Shown here: one piece after another, positions 36,390 to 48,000 of the stretch
Numbering within the stretch: the stretch's first letter is position 1
Layout of the letters: the number at the start of each line of letters is the position of its first letter
DNA from: Dipteris shenzhenensis
Taxonomy: Eukaryota
Assembly: GCA_047967505.1 (NCBI GenBank)
Contig: CM106538.1
Direction: 5' to 3' (one strand)
DNA length: 64,000 nucleotides
Notes under the pieces: generated by a model
Database searches by the model: none
What the model was told of the DNA's origin: nothing
What the model saw: the letters and a program-made list of their open reading frames with translations, nothing else
Program-made: the position numbers and the translations under genes

Positions 36390-36543
36390 TTTTAAAAGCA
36401 CGTCTATACATGCATCTCTCTATTATATAGATGCACCTTTAGATGTGGGTCTGTGGATGCACTAATAGAAGCACCTATAACTTTTTAAAAAAATTCAATA
36501 AACGCATTTGAAAATGCATCTATGGAAGCATTGTGTTGTTGTG
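36390..36543. mobile_element. CACTA-like right terminus (subterminal repeats plus ...TGTGTTGTTGTG)
   Basis: Subterminal motifs (tagatgcac, gcactaataga, gcatcta) shared with 44840-45078 and 50400-50547, ending in the reverse complement of CACAACAA. Confidence 0.65.
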
Positions 36544-39500
36544 GTTGTCTTTTTGAATATTGAAGTTGTATGCAACGGTTGAGGGTTCAAACACTGGGTC
36601 TACTCTTCATTCATCATGGATTTAGCATCACATCCCTCACCAGTCTCCTGTGGGGTGCAGCAATTGCCAATTGCCGATTTTCTTAGAGTGGGAACTCATG
36701 CTTCGAGCTAATTAATGTCTATGATTGCTATTGCATCTCGACTTTTTTTCTATGATTTGGCGTTCATTTTGACTCACGAGGTGTAAAGAAGCAAAAAATC
36801 AAAGTGCAAGCATTTTACTTCAACTATGACTATCATCATGCCCGATCCCTTCTCATTGTCATGTTGAGAGCTCATGCTCAACATCATGTGATCATGTGTG
36901 CATAGCACCATCATGTGATCATATGTGCATAGCACTAACCCAATAGAGTGCTATAAAGGAAAGGGTTAGATCCCCTAACGCTAAATGGGTTTGTATATAT
37001 TCTACATTTTCAACTAAATCTAGTGTACAGTTAGTCATTTGTGGTGTGCTCTCTAGCTGTGCCCTCTCTCCTCATCCCCACTCTTCTCCTCTCCCCTCTT
37101 CATATTTTATCCTTGTATTAAAGCTCCCTTGCCTTCTGCTGAGGCATTGCGATCCTTGAGAGTGCGAGAGAGATTGAGAGATCGAGAGAGATTGAGTGTT
37201 CCATTCACTTCCGTAGAGTGATAGAAAATTTTCCTTCATTGGAAGAAATTCCATCCATTTCCATTCATTTAGAGTTCTTTCTTTCATGAGAGAAAGAGAG
37301 GTATTCTATTAAGAGTTTTTCCATCCATGCATGCTCATTGCGGAGAGATTTCTGTGAGAAAGAGGTACAGAGAGAAAGAAAGGTTGATTGATGTGAGCAT
37401 ATAGTTCTTTGAGAGACTATTGAGAGTTTGAGAGAGTTCTTCATTGAGAAATATTTGTGAGAAAAGAGAGATTTTTGAGTCATCTGAGAGTGAAAGAGTC
37501 TGAGTGCTATTGTGCTAAGACTCTGGTCAACAAGCTCTCCTTGAGAGCTCAATTATCCTCTCCAGCGACTCCAACAGAGCTCCAACGGCTCATCAAGCCA
37601 AGCCACTCCTCCATTCTAGGTGGCTACTATAGCAAGCTCTCCTTTATTGGTTCAAACGATACGCGGCTTCCTTCCAAATGCCATCACGACTCCAACAACT
37701 ACCTGTGCTTGCAAGCTCATGGCTTCCACGAGCCTTTGCAACACAATGTTGTTGCTGCTTGCTTCCGGACTATGTGCCCACGTACCAAGCCTTGCAACTG
37801 TTTCACAAGCTCGAAGAGCCCACTGAGCCAAGTAGCCCCTGAAGGCCTTCTCTACTTACGCCTCCAATAAACAACGAGTGTCAATTGCTTGTTAGATGAA
37901 CAATAGCCGCAGCTGCCTCATTTCGCTATTCGTCAGGGGTGCTTTGGAAAGGGCAACAGTTACAAGAAGTTGTGGATGAGGATATCTATGTAGAAGAAAT
38001 AATTCGCCATGAAATAATCTCGATAGCTGCCATGACAGCCATTGCATACTTATCTGGTTTGGCTTCCTCTCCAATGGCGGGCTGCTCCATTGCCTTCTCC
38101 AGCACACGATGCCAGTAGCAAACGATGCCACAAGTAGCTCCGCACTCCAAGCTGCTCCAACACGAGCCCTCAACGAGCCAACGTCCCAGGCCTTTTGCAA
38201 TTGCATTAGCACCAACCAAACATCTACTGCTACACTGTTACAACTTCACCGACTTCAACTCCTCCATGAGCCAAAGCTCCACGAGACGTAATAGCTGAGC
38301 GCCAATGACTGCAACTACTACAACGCTATGCCAAAGCCTCACCTCCACCGCCAGCTTGTAGCAACGACTCGAGCGCCTTCTCTTGCAAGGCAACTTCCAG
38401 CGCCCACCGGCCTCTAACAAGTACACAGTCCATTTGGATGCGCCTCCTCGATAGTCTATTATCAGGCTCCACGTAGACAGCAAGGTCTAGAGTTCACAGA
38501 GCTCCCTCACCTACACAGAGTGGAAGATGGCACTCCATCACAACAAAGGCAGCCACGGAGAAGACGACAGAATCTTCAAGATTCCATCGAAATCAAAAAG
38601 ATTTTGGTTGCCCACGTAAGGAAATGTGGCCTCTACAGAAGGCCTTATCCTCTAGGTGACATGTGGCACCTTATCATGCAACATCAGCAACCACCTCCAG
38701 CTACCACATCAATAGCTCCGTTAGGTTGCCACATCATCATCTAGCTGGTCAACTGCCATGTCATCCTTATCTGCCACGGTGGTAACCACGTTAGCACTAC
38801 CAAGTCAATAGTCCACATCAGCATCCACATCACTTGCCACATCATATGCCACATCACTTGTGCCACATCATCATTGCCCAGTTAGCTACCACCCCATCAG
38901 TGCCATTATGCCAGCCTTGTAAAGCCTCTTGGCTATTCTCAACTCATTTGCCACAAGCCTTGTAGCACACATCATATTTTATATATTGCGGTTCTATCTT
39001 CACCGCCGACAGTTTAGATTTCACTTGGCACAGTTAATGTTTTGTAGTTGATTCATACAGTGATTTTCATGACACTTTGAGTACATTTCTTGCACCATGT
39101 CTATGACTCGCAACCTCAATCTGGAGGCATCTACTAAGCTAGACAACTCCAATTATGGCACATGGAAATACTGAATGGAGACCATTCTTGTACTTCAGGA
39201 CAAATGGGAGTATGTCGATGGATCTACACCTAGACCATTGGACGATCCAGCCACCAGTAGCTCTACTTTACCTATTGTCATAGCACTAGCAGTGGGATCT
39301 ACAGCTACACAAATAGTTTACGCACTTGTAGCAGATCCTACCATTGCATGAGCTTAGGCAGAATGGGATAAGAAAGATACGTACGCCTATCATCTGATCA
39401 AGCAGAATGAGCAGGATGTCATGCTAGGACAGCTCAACATAGTTAAGACATCGAAAGAAGCATGGGATACGTTCGTAGCTCTCTACGAATCCAAGAACAC

Positions 39501-40146
39501 ATCCAGGATTCTCACATTGAGAAACCAAATCAATTAGAGTTTTCGCAACAGCAAGCAAAACCGGTCATGCTTATGTACTCTAGATAAAAGACTACAACAA
39601 TCAACTTGCAGCAGCATAAGAGACTATGAACCATGCAAAAATGGTTCAAGTAGTCTTGAATGGACTAGGAGAAGGATACGAGAATCTAGTCCAGAGTATT
39701 GCCATCCAACAGCAAATTGTGACACTTTAAGAACTTCAGTCAGTTCTACTTGGTGAAGAACTCAGGACACAAGCCATTCAAGCATGCAAAGGTCATTCTA
39801 ATAATTAGGCATTCACAGCTTCAGACAGAAGAAAAGGCAGAGGTAGATCATTCCACAAAAGTGGTCATCATCAGCAACAAAATAAAAGTTAGAATCAGGA
39901 TCAGCATCATCCTCACAGCAACATCATAATCAACAAAGAGGAAATCATTCCAACCGAGGAAGATTCCAAGGACGAGGAAATGCATCCACCAATATGTCAA
40001 ACATTCAGTGCAACTACTTTCACAAGTTTGGACACTATGAAAGAGATTGCCGCAAGAAGCAGCACGACCAAGGCGGTCAATCCAATAGTAATCGAGGAAA
40101 TTTCTGCGGCAAAGGAAATCATCATGGTGGACATTCTAGTCACAAT

Positions 40147-40887
40147 CATTAGGAAAAAAGGGAGCTCATTTTGGGGCCTTTTAGAAAAGAGAGAAAATAG
40201 GCTCTCAACCAATCAGGAGTGGGCCAACGTAACGTTGAAAATTCAACAAAAGAAGATGAAAATAAGAAAAAGAAATAGTACTATATGTTCGTAGAAGCAT
40301 GTCACATTAATGAGGTGATCTAATTTGAATCTTTTAAAAATTTATTTTTTGTGCAGAATTTGGTGATTCTGACACCGCAGACGCGTCCGGAACGGCCCAA
40401 AACCCCAGAAACGGCACTGGAAACACTGGAATCGGACATCCGGAGACCCAGAAACGGCCAAAAAAGGCCGAAAAGTGGGATTTGCAGTAAAACGCGATCG
40501 GGCACCTTTTGAATCTACATCCGAAGGCCCGGAAACGGCCAAAAAAGGCCGAAAAGTGGGATTTGCAGCAAAACGCGATTTGGCACCTTTTGAGATTTGG
40601 CCGTTTCCGGGCCTCCGGATGTCCGATTCCAGTGTTTCTAGTGCCGTTTCTGGGGTTTTGGGCCGTTCCGGACGTGTCTGCGGTATCAGAATCACCAAAT
40701 TCTGCACAGAAAAGTGTTGCTCTTATATGAACATTGAATGTAAAGCATGTGAAAGAATATATTTATTCCTTTTCACAGTGACATTTCTCATGCAAGTATC
40801 CATATTTTCTTGCTTTTGTAGAGAGAGAAAAGAGAAAATAGTGAATTTCTTACAGGGCCCCAAAATGAGCTCTCTTTTTTCCTAATG
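40147..40887. mobile_element. Complete 741-bp CATTAGG-family MITE-like element with nested inverted repeats
   Basis: 32-bp outer TIRs with one mismatch (cattaggaaaaaagggagctcattttggggcc / ggccccaaaatgagctctcttttttcctaatg); inner inverted arms about 40346-40462 and 40596-40713; central duplication 40451-40512 / 40532-40593. Confidence 0.92.
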
Positions 40888-40892
40888 CATTT

Positions 40893-41729
40893 CTGAATAG
40901 TAGGGGTTGGATTCTCTCTAGAGCCCCCCATTGGGAAAGCTTCTTCATCACCACAGATTTGCATAGAAATTTCTGGAGGAGGCTCCGAAAATCCCTCAGA
41001 AATAGAAAGATCACTCTTTTCTTTTGGCTTTCTATTCATGGAGGGATTGCAGCAAACCTGTGGAGATCACGATTTGGGGCTGATCCCACTTGTTCTTGTT
41101 GTCATTCTGCAGAGGAGTCAGTGCGACATTGCCTTTGGAACTACAATCAGGCGAGGACTGTTTGGAAAGGGGTTGCTCGGATACTCAGCATCTTTCATGC
41201 TTCCCCTTCCTTCATGACTTGGGGCTCGGTCGCATGGTTACTGCGCCCCAGGTGTTTTATGAGGGTGAGCCTTCTTCTTGGGCACTCTCGGTCTGCCGGT
41301 AGGTGATAGAGCCCTACTCTCTTTAGGATGTACCACTTACTCCCTTCAGAGCTTCTCATGCTTCAGTGGACACCTCTTGGGAGATTTTGGCTAGCATTTC
41401 CTCTTGGCACATTTGGAGAGCCAAATGTACAGAGGCTATGGATGGCACCCAGCATCACAGGTATTTGGACTGACACGGTTCACACTTTGATAGCCATATG
41501 GGCTAGCATGTAGGGCCCTTCATGAGCAGCCTCTTCTAAAAGGACTATATTTCTTTGAGTTTGGAGGGGTTCTCCCTTTTTCTTGGAGGTTTCTATCAGA
41601 TTGAGATGGCACTATCAACCTCAATCCTTTCTTTTTGGCTCTTGAGCTTTTCATGCATTGCATGATGTATCCCGTATTGCTCCAACGGTTTTCTTTGATA
41701 CTTAATAGAAGTCTCTTTTTGCAAAAAAA
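40893..41729 (+). mobile_element. 5'-truncated LINE with A-tail and 14-bp TSD
   Basis: zf-RVT region (FFWLSIHGGIAANLWRSRFGADPTCSCCHSAEESVRHCLWN); tail ...cttaatagaagtctctttttgcaaaaaaa; TSD agtcacaat|cattt versus agtcacagtcattt (41729-41742). Confidence 0.9.
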
Positions 41730-42683
41730 GTCACAGTCATTTTGCAAATGAACATGGGAATATATTTCTTGCAAGCAAGGAAATGCAACAAACTGATACA
41801 GTGTACCTTCACACTGATTTCAATCCAAAAGAGAATTTCAGCTATCAAGTCGATCAAGCAAAATAGGATCCTTGGTATATCGACAACGGTGCATCATCTC
41901 ACATGACAAATCATCAATATTGGTTCATAGAGATGAAACCATTAGAAGGCCAAAAAAAGGTCATCTACATAGCAAATAGTACATCGAATCCAGTTTAAGG
42001 GACAGGTGTTATCCTTATGAAAAATTTCACTGGTACGAAAGGATTGGTGAAAGATGTACTCTATGTTCTGAAGCTCAACAAGAACCTCTTGTCAGTAGGT
42101 CAAATGGCAGAACACAACTACCGAGTCATCTTCGATGGAGATGAATGCACTATCAGAGACAAATCCAGAACATGTCAACTAGTAGCAAAAGGTATCAAGG
42201 AAGGACACTTGTACAGAATGCTAGCTACAGTACCAATAGATAAGCATGCCATGTCAGCTCAACCGCAATAGATGCCACTATCTGCAAAATGGAACAAGAG
42301 ATATGGTCATGTCAATTTCAAGTACTTGCTAGACCTTAGGAATTAGAATATGGAAATTGGGATTCCAAAGCTACAATTTCTTGGAAAAGTTTGCAAGCAT
42401 GCTACTTCGGCAAACAAAAGCGAACCAACTTTGGGAGAAGTACCTCTCATGCATGAGGTATTCTTGATTTGATTCATACAAATGTATGGGGTTATGCCCA
42501 AACCCGCAGCATCAATGGTTCACTTTACTACTTGACTTTCATCGACAACTACAGTAGATATTGTTGGGTCTAATTTTGGAAAGAGAAATTTGAAGTCTTT
42601 TCCAGATTTCAAGAATTCAAAGCTATGGTAGAAAACTAGACATGCAGAAAGATCAAGGTCATGAGATCAGATACAGGAGAGTA

Positions 42684-45078
42684 CACTATTACTACAATTC
42701 GTACTCTCACTGAATGCATGAGGTGTTTGAAGAGGGCCTTTACAAAGAGCAAGAAAAGAGGTGTAGAGCAATTATATGGCTTGAAATGTCATGATTGGCA
42801 CAAGATGCTCCAAGAAAGTATTTTATGTGCACAATATCTTTTTCCTTTCAAATTTGTGAGTGAATTAGAAGCAACTAATCAACTATTTCTCGTGTGTTCA
42901 GTTCATACTACCTACTAGCATTTCTCGTAGTGCATCGAAGGACATGAAGGATTGTATTTACAAGATGGGTGAGCTTGTGAGGTACTTTACATGATACAAA
43001 ATGTGATGCGTATCAATGCTCCATGCAAGGTGTTCATATTGCTAATATGGTGTACTTTTTCATTTCTAGGTATGTGAGCTCAAAGGAAATAGATTCCACC
43101 ACGCTTGAGAATGCTCAAGTTATGTCAGTGGAGGTGGTTTGTTTAGTGGAGGAGACATTTCCACGTTCTATTCTCACAAATCAACTAGATCTCATAGTGC
43201 ATTTGGTGGATGAGATTGCTATATGCAGTACTATACATGCACGATGGTTGTTCTTCCTCGAGCGCTTCATGAAGACCTTGAAGGGTTTCATGAGACAAAA
43301 TGCAAGACCCAAAGGTAGCATGGCCGAGGGTTGGTTGGTACAAGAGTCACTTGTATATATTTTTGAGTTTCTTGTTGGTGCGGATAGCTCTCTCCCACGA
43401 CTATGGAGAGATGATGAAGACCTAAGGATGACCTCCATTGTGTCTCATGGGAAAGGATGCAACAAAGTAATAGACACGGAGTTGCTTAATAATATCAACC
43501 TCTATTGCATGCTTAACAGTGATGTGATGAAAAGATGGGTGACAAGATACGAGGATGCAAAGGCAAGAAGACAAGAAGAAAGGGCCCTCTTTTGTACACA
43601 CCACAGATCTCGTGTGCCATACCCTCAATATCTAAGAGCACTTCCAAAGGATATTCATGTGGATTGGCTACTTGACGAAATGGAGAAAGCAGAGAAAGAC
43701 GAGGGGATGCATATCACAATGGAAGAATGGGAGTATGCTAGGAGATGCATAAGCAAGGTTGGTATATAGAATGTTATGCATAAGTTAGGAGCTTTCAATA
43801 ATTTAGATTGCTTATTTAATTGATTTTGGTCTAGTGCACTATGTTCAATGCTATATGGTCTGAGGGCAAGCATTTTCAAACACAACGGATTGATGATAAG
43901 AGAAAAACACAAGATTGCGGCATTATTGCTAGCTTTGAGGGAGCCAATGGAGCCATGGATGATTATTGTGGCATAATCCAAGATATTATTAAGCTTGACT
44001 TTTGACGCTTCTTTGTGTATGTTTTGGATGTAAAGTGGCTTAAGGACGTGGTGGAAAGAGGCCCTAATGCAACAATCAAATGCCATGCAAATGGCTTTGT
44101 AACTATTGACTCCACAAAGTTTTGGCAAAGTAAGAAGGACACACTAGTACTACCACAACGATGTGAACAGGTACTGTACACACATATAAAAATACTCACT
44201 TTTAAATATTTGATACCTTCGATGCAAGGAAAATAACATGATTGTATTTGTGTTTAAATTAGGTTGTCTATCAACCAATGGTGGATAATAATAGATGGTG
44301 GCATGTCATACCTATTATGCCATGTTCCAAAGTGATGTATAGTACATTTACTAATATGGAGCATATGGAGGATGATCATGGCCATGGAGCTGATGATGAC
44401 CATGATACGAGAGAGGAGGATGATCATGAGATAGGAGATACAGATATTGAGGCCATTACCTATGAGAACGAGCCTACCATTGGTGATGCTGATTTCCATG
44501 AGCACATGAGTAGCACAAGTAGTAGTGGGTTGAATGTATTTGTAGATCTAAACACTCGTTTGGATTTTGAAGTAGATAGTTTGGCAAGGGTTGACCTCAT
44601 TGAGGATGAGATTGAACCGTAGCCCATCATTAATATTGGCAAAACTATTTTACATATTGTCTCATTCTCCTCACCTCACTTAATTTTTTAATATGTGGGT
44701 TTGCAAAAAAGCATTGATGTTTTTGTTAAAATTATGTGCTTTGGTAATCAATATGGGCAATGTTTGGAAAGCACTGATGTACACCAAAATCTCAATTTCT
44801 GTATTCTCTGTTTTGTGTCTAAATATGCATCTAGTTCTTAATGTAGACACACTAATAGACACGCTAATACACGCGTAAATAGATGCGCTGTCTTTGTGCT
44901 ATTAGATGTAGTGTTAGACGAGCCTGTATTTTCTCAGTGTAGATGCACTAATAGACACGTCAATACACACGCAAATAGACACGTTGTTAGGTGCACTGTT
45001 ATTCAAGCAACGCCTATAGACACGCCTATTATTTTGCGCATCTATCTAGCACGTCTCTAGGTTGCTTTGTGTTGTTGT
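42684..45078 (+). mobile_element. CACTA/En-Spm element, 3' part (transposase C-terminal exons plus right terminus); paralog of about 48250-50547
   Basis: LYGLKCHDWHKMLQ, HLVDEIAICSTIHARWLFFLERFMKTLKGFMRQNARPKGSMAEG (DUF4218-like region); GT-AG introns; subterminal tagacacgc repeats; ends ...gctttgtgttgttgt. Confidence 0.9.
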
Positions 45079-45079
45079 C

Positions 45080-48000
45080 AGTGTTAGGTGCACTTTTAGA
45101 CGCTCCAAAAAGTTTTGACATTTACAACTCATGCAAGAACAAATTTTTTGGGTTGTTTATTTGTAGGATGTCTTCATCTTCAACAAGTAGCTCCAGTGAG
45201 GATGCATCCCTCCATATCCACCATCGCAAAATGTGGTTGGAGCAAAAAATCCAATGTATATGTGATCGATGTTGAGAAAACATGTATCGTGCACGCAGAA
45301 TTACACTCAATCACGTCTCAAAGTATGGAGAAAGGGATGTGACCGTAAACATGGTAAGTGTTAGAGTTAAGGTTGATTGAGATACCTATGGATGTTCATG
45401 TGTATGAGTTATAATCCCATTTTCATTTGATACAGGATGCAGTGCCACACCCGCATATGTTGCCCTATGCTCATCGTGAGGAGGCGAAGCGTCGGTGATA
45501 TGAGGTGGGATCTTCAGGAGGGACCGTTACGAATGCATGGAGTGATGGTTATAGTAGCCCTCCACCATTACCTCATGAGGCCATGGAGGAGGAGGTATTT
45601 GATGATATGGTGCAGGATTTATATGTCCATCAATCCTCAGGTAGGGATGATAGCATGGAGTAGGATTATCTTTTTACTGTAACATTGACTCCACTATTTG
45701 AGGGGTGCACATTCTCTGTTCTACGTGCCTCCCTTGAGTTACTAAACTTAGAGATGATCTATGGATGGAGCAATGCAAGTTTGAATGCATTACTCAAGTA
45801 AGCTTTAAAGTCTATTTTGCAAACATGGTGAATTATGCTAGTGGGTCAATTACTCGAATGCTTTTTCTCATTCATGATCTTCATGTGCACGCTATTGTGT
45901 AAAATGCTTCCAAGGGAGAATAAATTACTGACCTCAAGAGATATGGCAAGGAAACATGTGACCTCTCTTGGAGGATTAGATTACAAGCGCATCCATGCAT
46001 GCGTCAACGATTGCGTTCTGTTTTGTGGACCACATAAGGATGCAAGAGAGTGTCCTACTTGTGGAGAGGCAAGATATAGAGCAGATCTCGAAACTTTGGA
46101 TGTGCCTCGGAGGTGCCTCGTAAGGTTCTGTGACATTTTCCCATAATCCCTCACATCCAACATATAATCAAGTGCAAATCCATTGAAGAGCTCATGTCAT
46201 GGCATTCCTCCCATCGATCAACCGATGGCAAGTGGAGAACTCCTGCAGACACTCCTGCGTGGAAGCATATTGAAGACACATGGCCAATGGCCAAGCTTCA
46301 AGGAAGAACCTAGGAGCTTGAGACTTGGATTGGGTATGGACGGTGTGAACCCATTTGGTCTCAAAAGCACCTCTTACAGTATATGGCCAGTGATATTGGT
46401 GAATTATAATCTTCCACCCTCTATGGCGATTAAGAAAGAACATGTTATGTTATCCCTTCTAATTCTAGGGAAACATAAAGTAAAAAATCATGATGTTTAT
46501 TTGGAGCCTTTGATTAATGAGCTAGAGATACTTTGGAGAGGTATCGAGGTGCATGATGTGAGCAGGCCTCCCTCGTCACGAGACTTTAACTGCAAAGCAG
46601 TCTTGATGTGGACAATGCATGACTTCCCAAGCTATGGCGAGTGTTCAAGTAAGCATTGCACTTTTAATTATGAGTAGGCAATCGATGTGGCACCCTAAAC
46701 TCACCTTTAACTCTTAATTATGTCTATTATTCAAGTCTCACTACATTGGGTTACCATGCATGTCCTGTTTATGGTCCTTCGCTAGTTGCCTCATGGGCAA
46801 ATGCATTGAATAAGGTCATCTATGAGAATCACCATCGATTTCTTCCACCTAATCATCCTAGATATGTTGCCCCTTGGAATGAAGTCCCCCCACAGTCACT
46901 CACTACAAGATATTGGATGGCGCCACGACTCCTCCACCACTTGGCATGAGTCGATAAGGTTTTGTAACTATTATGTCCTATATTGAATGGAAATAAAGAT
47001 TGCCCGCTAACACCAGCTTTTGTTTAGATACTCCATCTTTTATCGTTTACCATATTGGTCCCACCTCAAGATGAATCACCTACTTGATCCCATGCATACC
47101 TTCAAGAATGTGGCATCTACCATTTGGGAACATTTGAATGGGACATGAGATTCCGCAGGCATAAGGTAGGATCTACGTGTTAGATATCAATGCTCCACTC
47201 TCGTGTAACTACACGAGAACTAGCTAACTCTACTTATAAGCTCCCCATATGAGGAGAAGGCATTTGACTAGCTCGATTATCCGGTAGGTCCTGGTTTGGA
47301 CACCAGATGGGGGCCATGTGTGGCTTGATGGCTTGGCGGCTTCAGATAGAGTTGGCACACTGCCAACTAGGCTACATGAAAGTGCGAGAAGGCATCCCAT
47401 GAGTGACCGCATTGAGGGTAGATGGAGCATTTCTCGGGGTAGCCCACTCTCAAGTTATGGGGCCCGTTTGGAGCCCCAGATGATCCCGGATGGCTCTATT
47501 TTGCACCATAGTTCTATCGTGTGGTCGGTGGCCTATTTCGAGACCGACCCCCAGTCGGCCGTTTTGGGTGGACTAGGTCGGTCACCCAATTGGATCTAAC
47601 TGACTACTAGTGGTGGCTATATAAGAGCAAGCCCGTGAAGCCCACTCGAGGGGGTCACTATGTATAAACCCTCTATATCACATGCATCTAAGGCCTATTT
47701 TTAAAATCCCTTATCTGTAATTTTTTCATTAATATAATGTACCCCTTTTCTATACAAATCTGTAATTTCTTTCAAAACTATTTTAAATAGTCCCTTATGT
47801 ATATTTATTTTTGTAAATTTTAGAAATAAAAAATATCCTTATGTTGAACTCATGTGATAGGGTTACATATGATGAATGACCCCCCCGAGGAAGCCCATTT
47901 CATCACTGGCTACAGCAACCCTGATTCCTTAGCATCCAGCCTCCATCCTCTATTGTTTCCAACATGCCATCAAAGCTTCTTTCACAGGAGTGCACGGTTG

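Larger units (their letters stand above)
39097..42683 (+). mobile_element. Degenerate Copia gag-PR-IN, interrupted by a TIR element and a LINE, truncated within integrase
   Basis: KLDNSNYGTWKY*METIL...WEYVDG; zinc knuckle ...KFGHYERDC; WYIDNGASSHMT; KNLLSVGQM; MRSDTGEY; upstream 36860-39090 may be its LTR/leader, not confirmed. Confidence 0.9.

Noticed and set aside
36862-37050. Candidate 5' LTR/PBS for the Copia at 39097
   Set aside because: TG start is present, but there is no partner LTR and no convincing tRNA-complementary PBS
40150-40884. hAT reading (TAGG...CCTA termini) or CAT as a 3-bp TSD
   Set aside because: No 8-bp TSD. CAT/ATG is present at all five family ends and so belongs to the TIR, and the large element is not followed by CAT.
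47178-47852. Shorter solo LTR ending at ...GAACTCA with no TSD
   Set aside because: The boundary at 48130 gives a degenerate 5-bp TSD and restores the transposase frame, so it fits better
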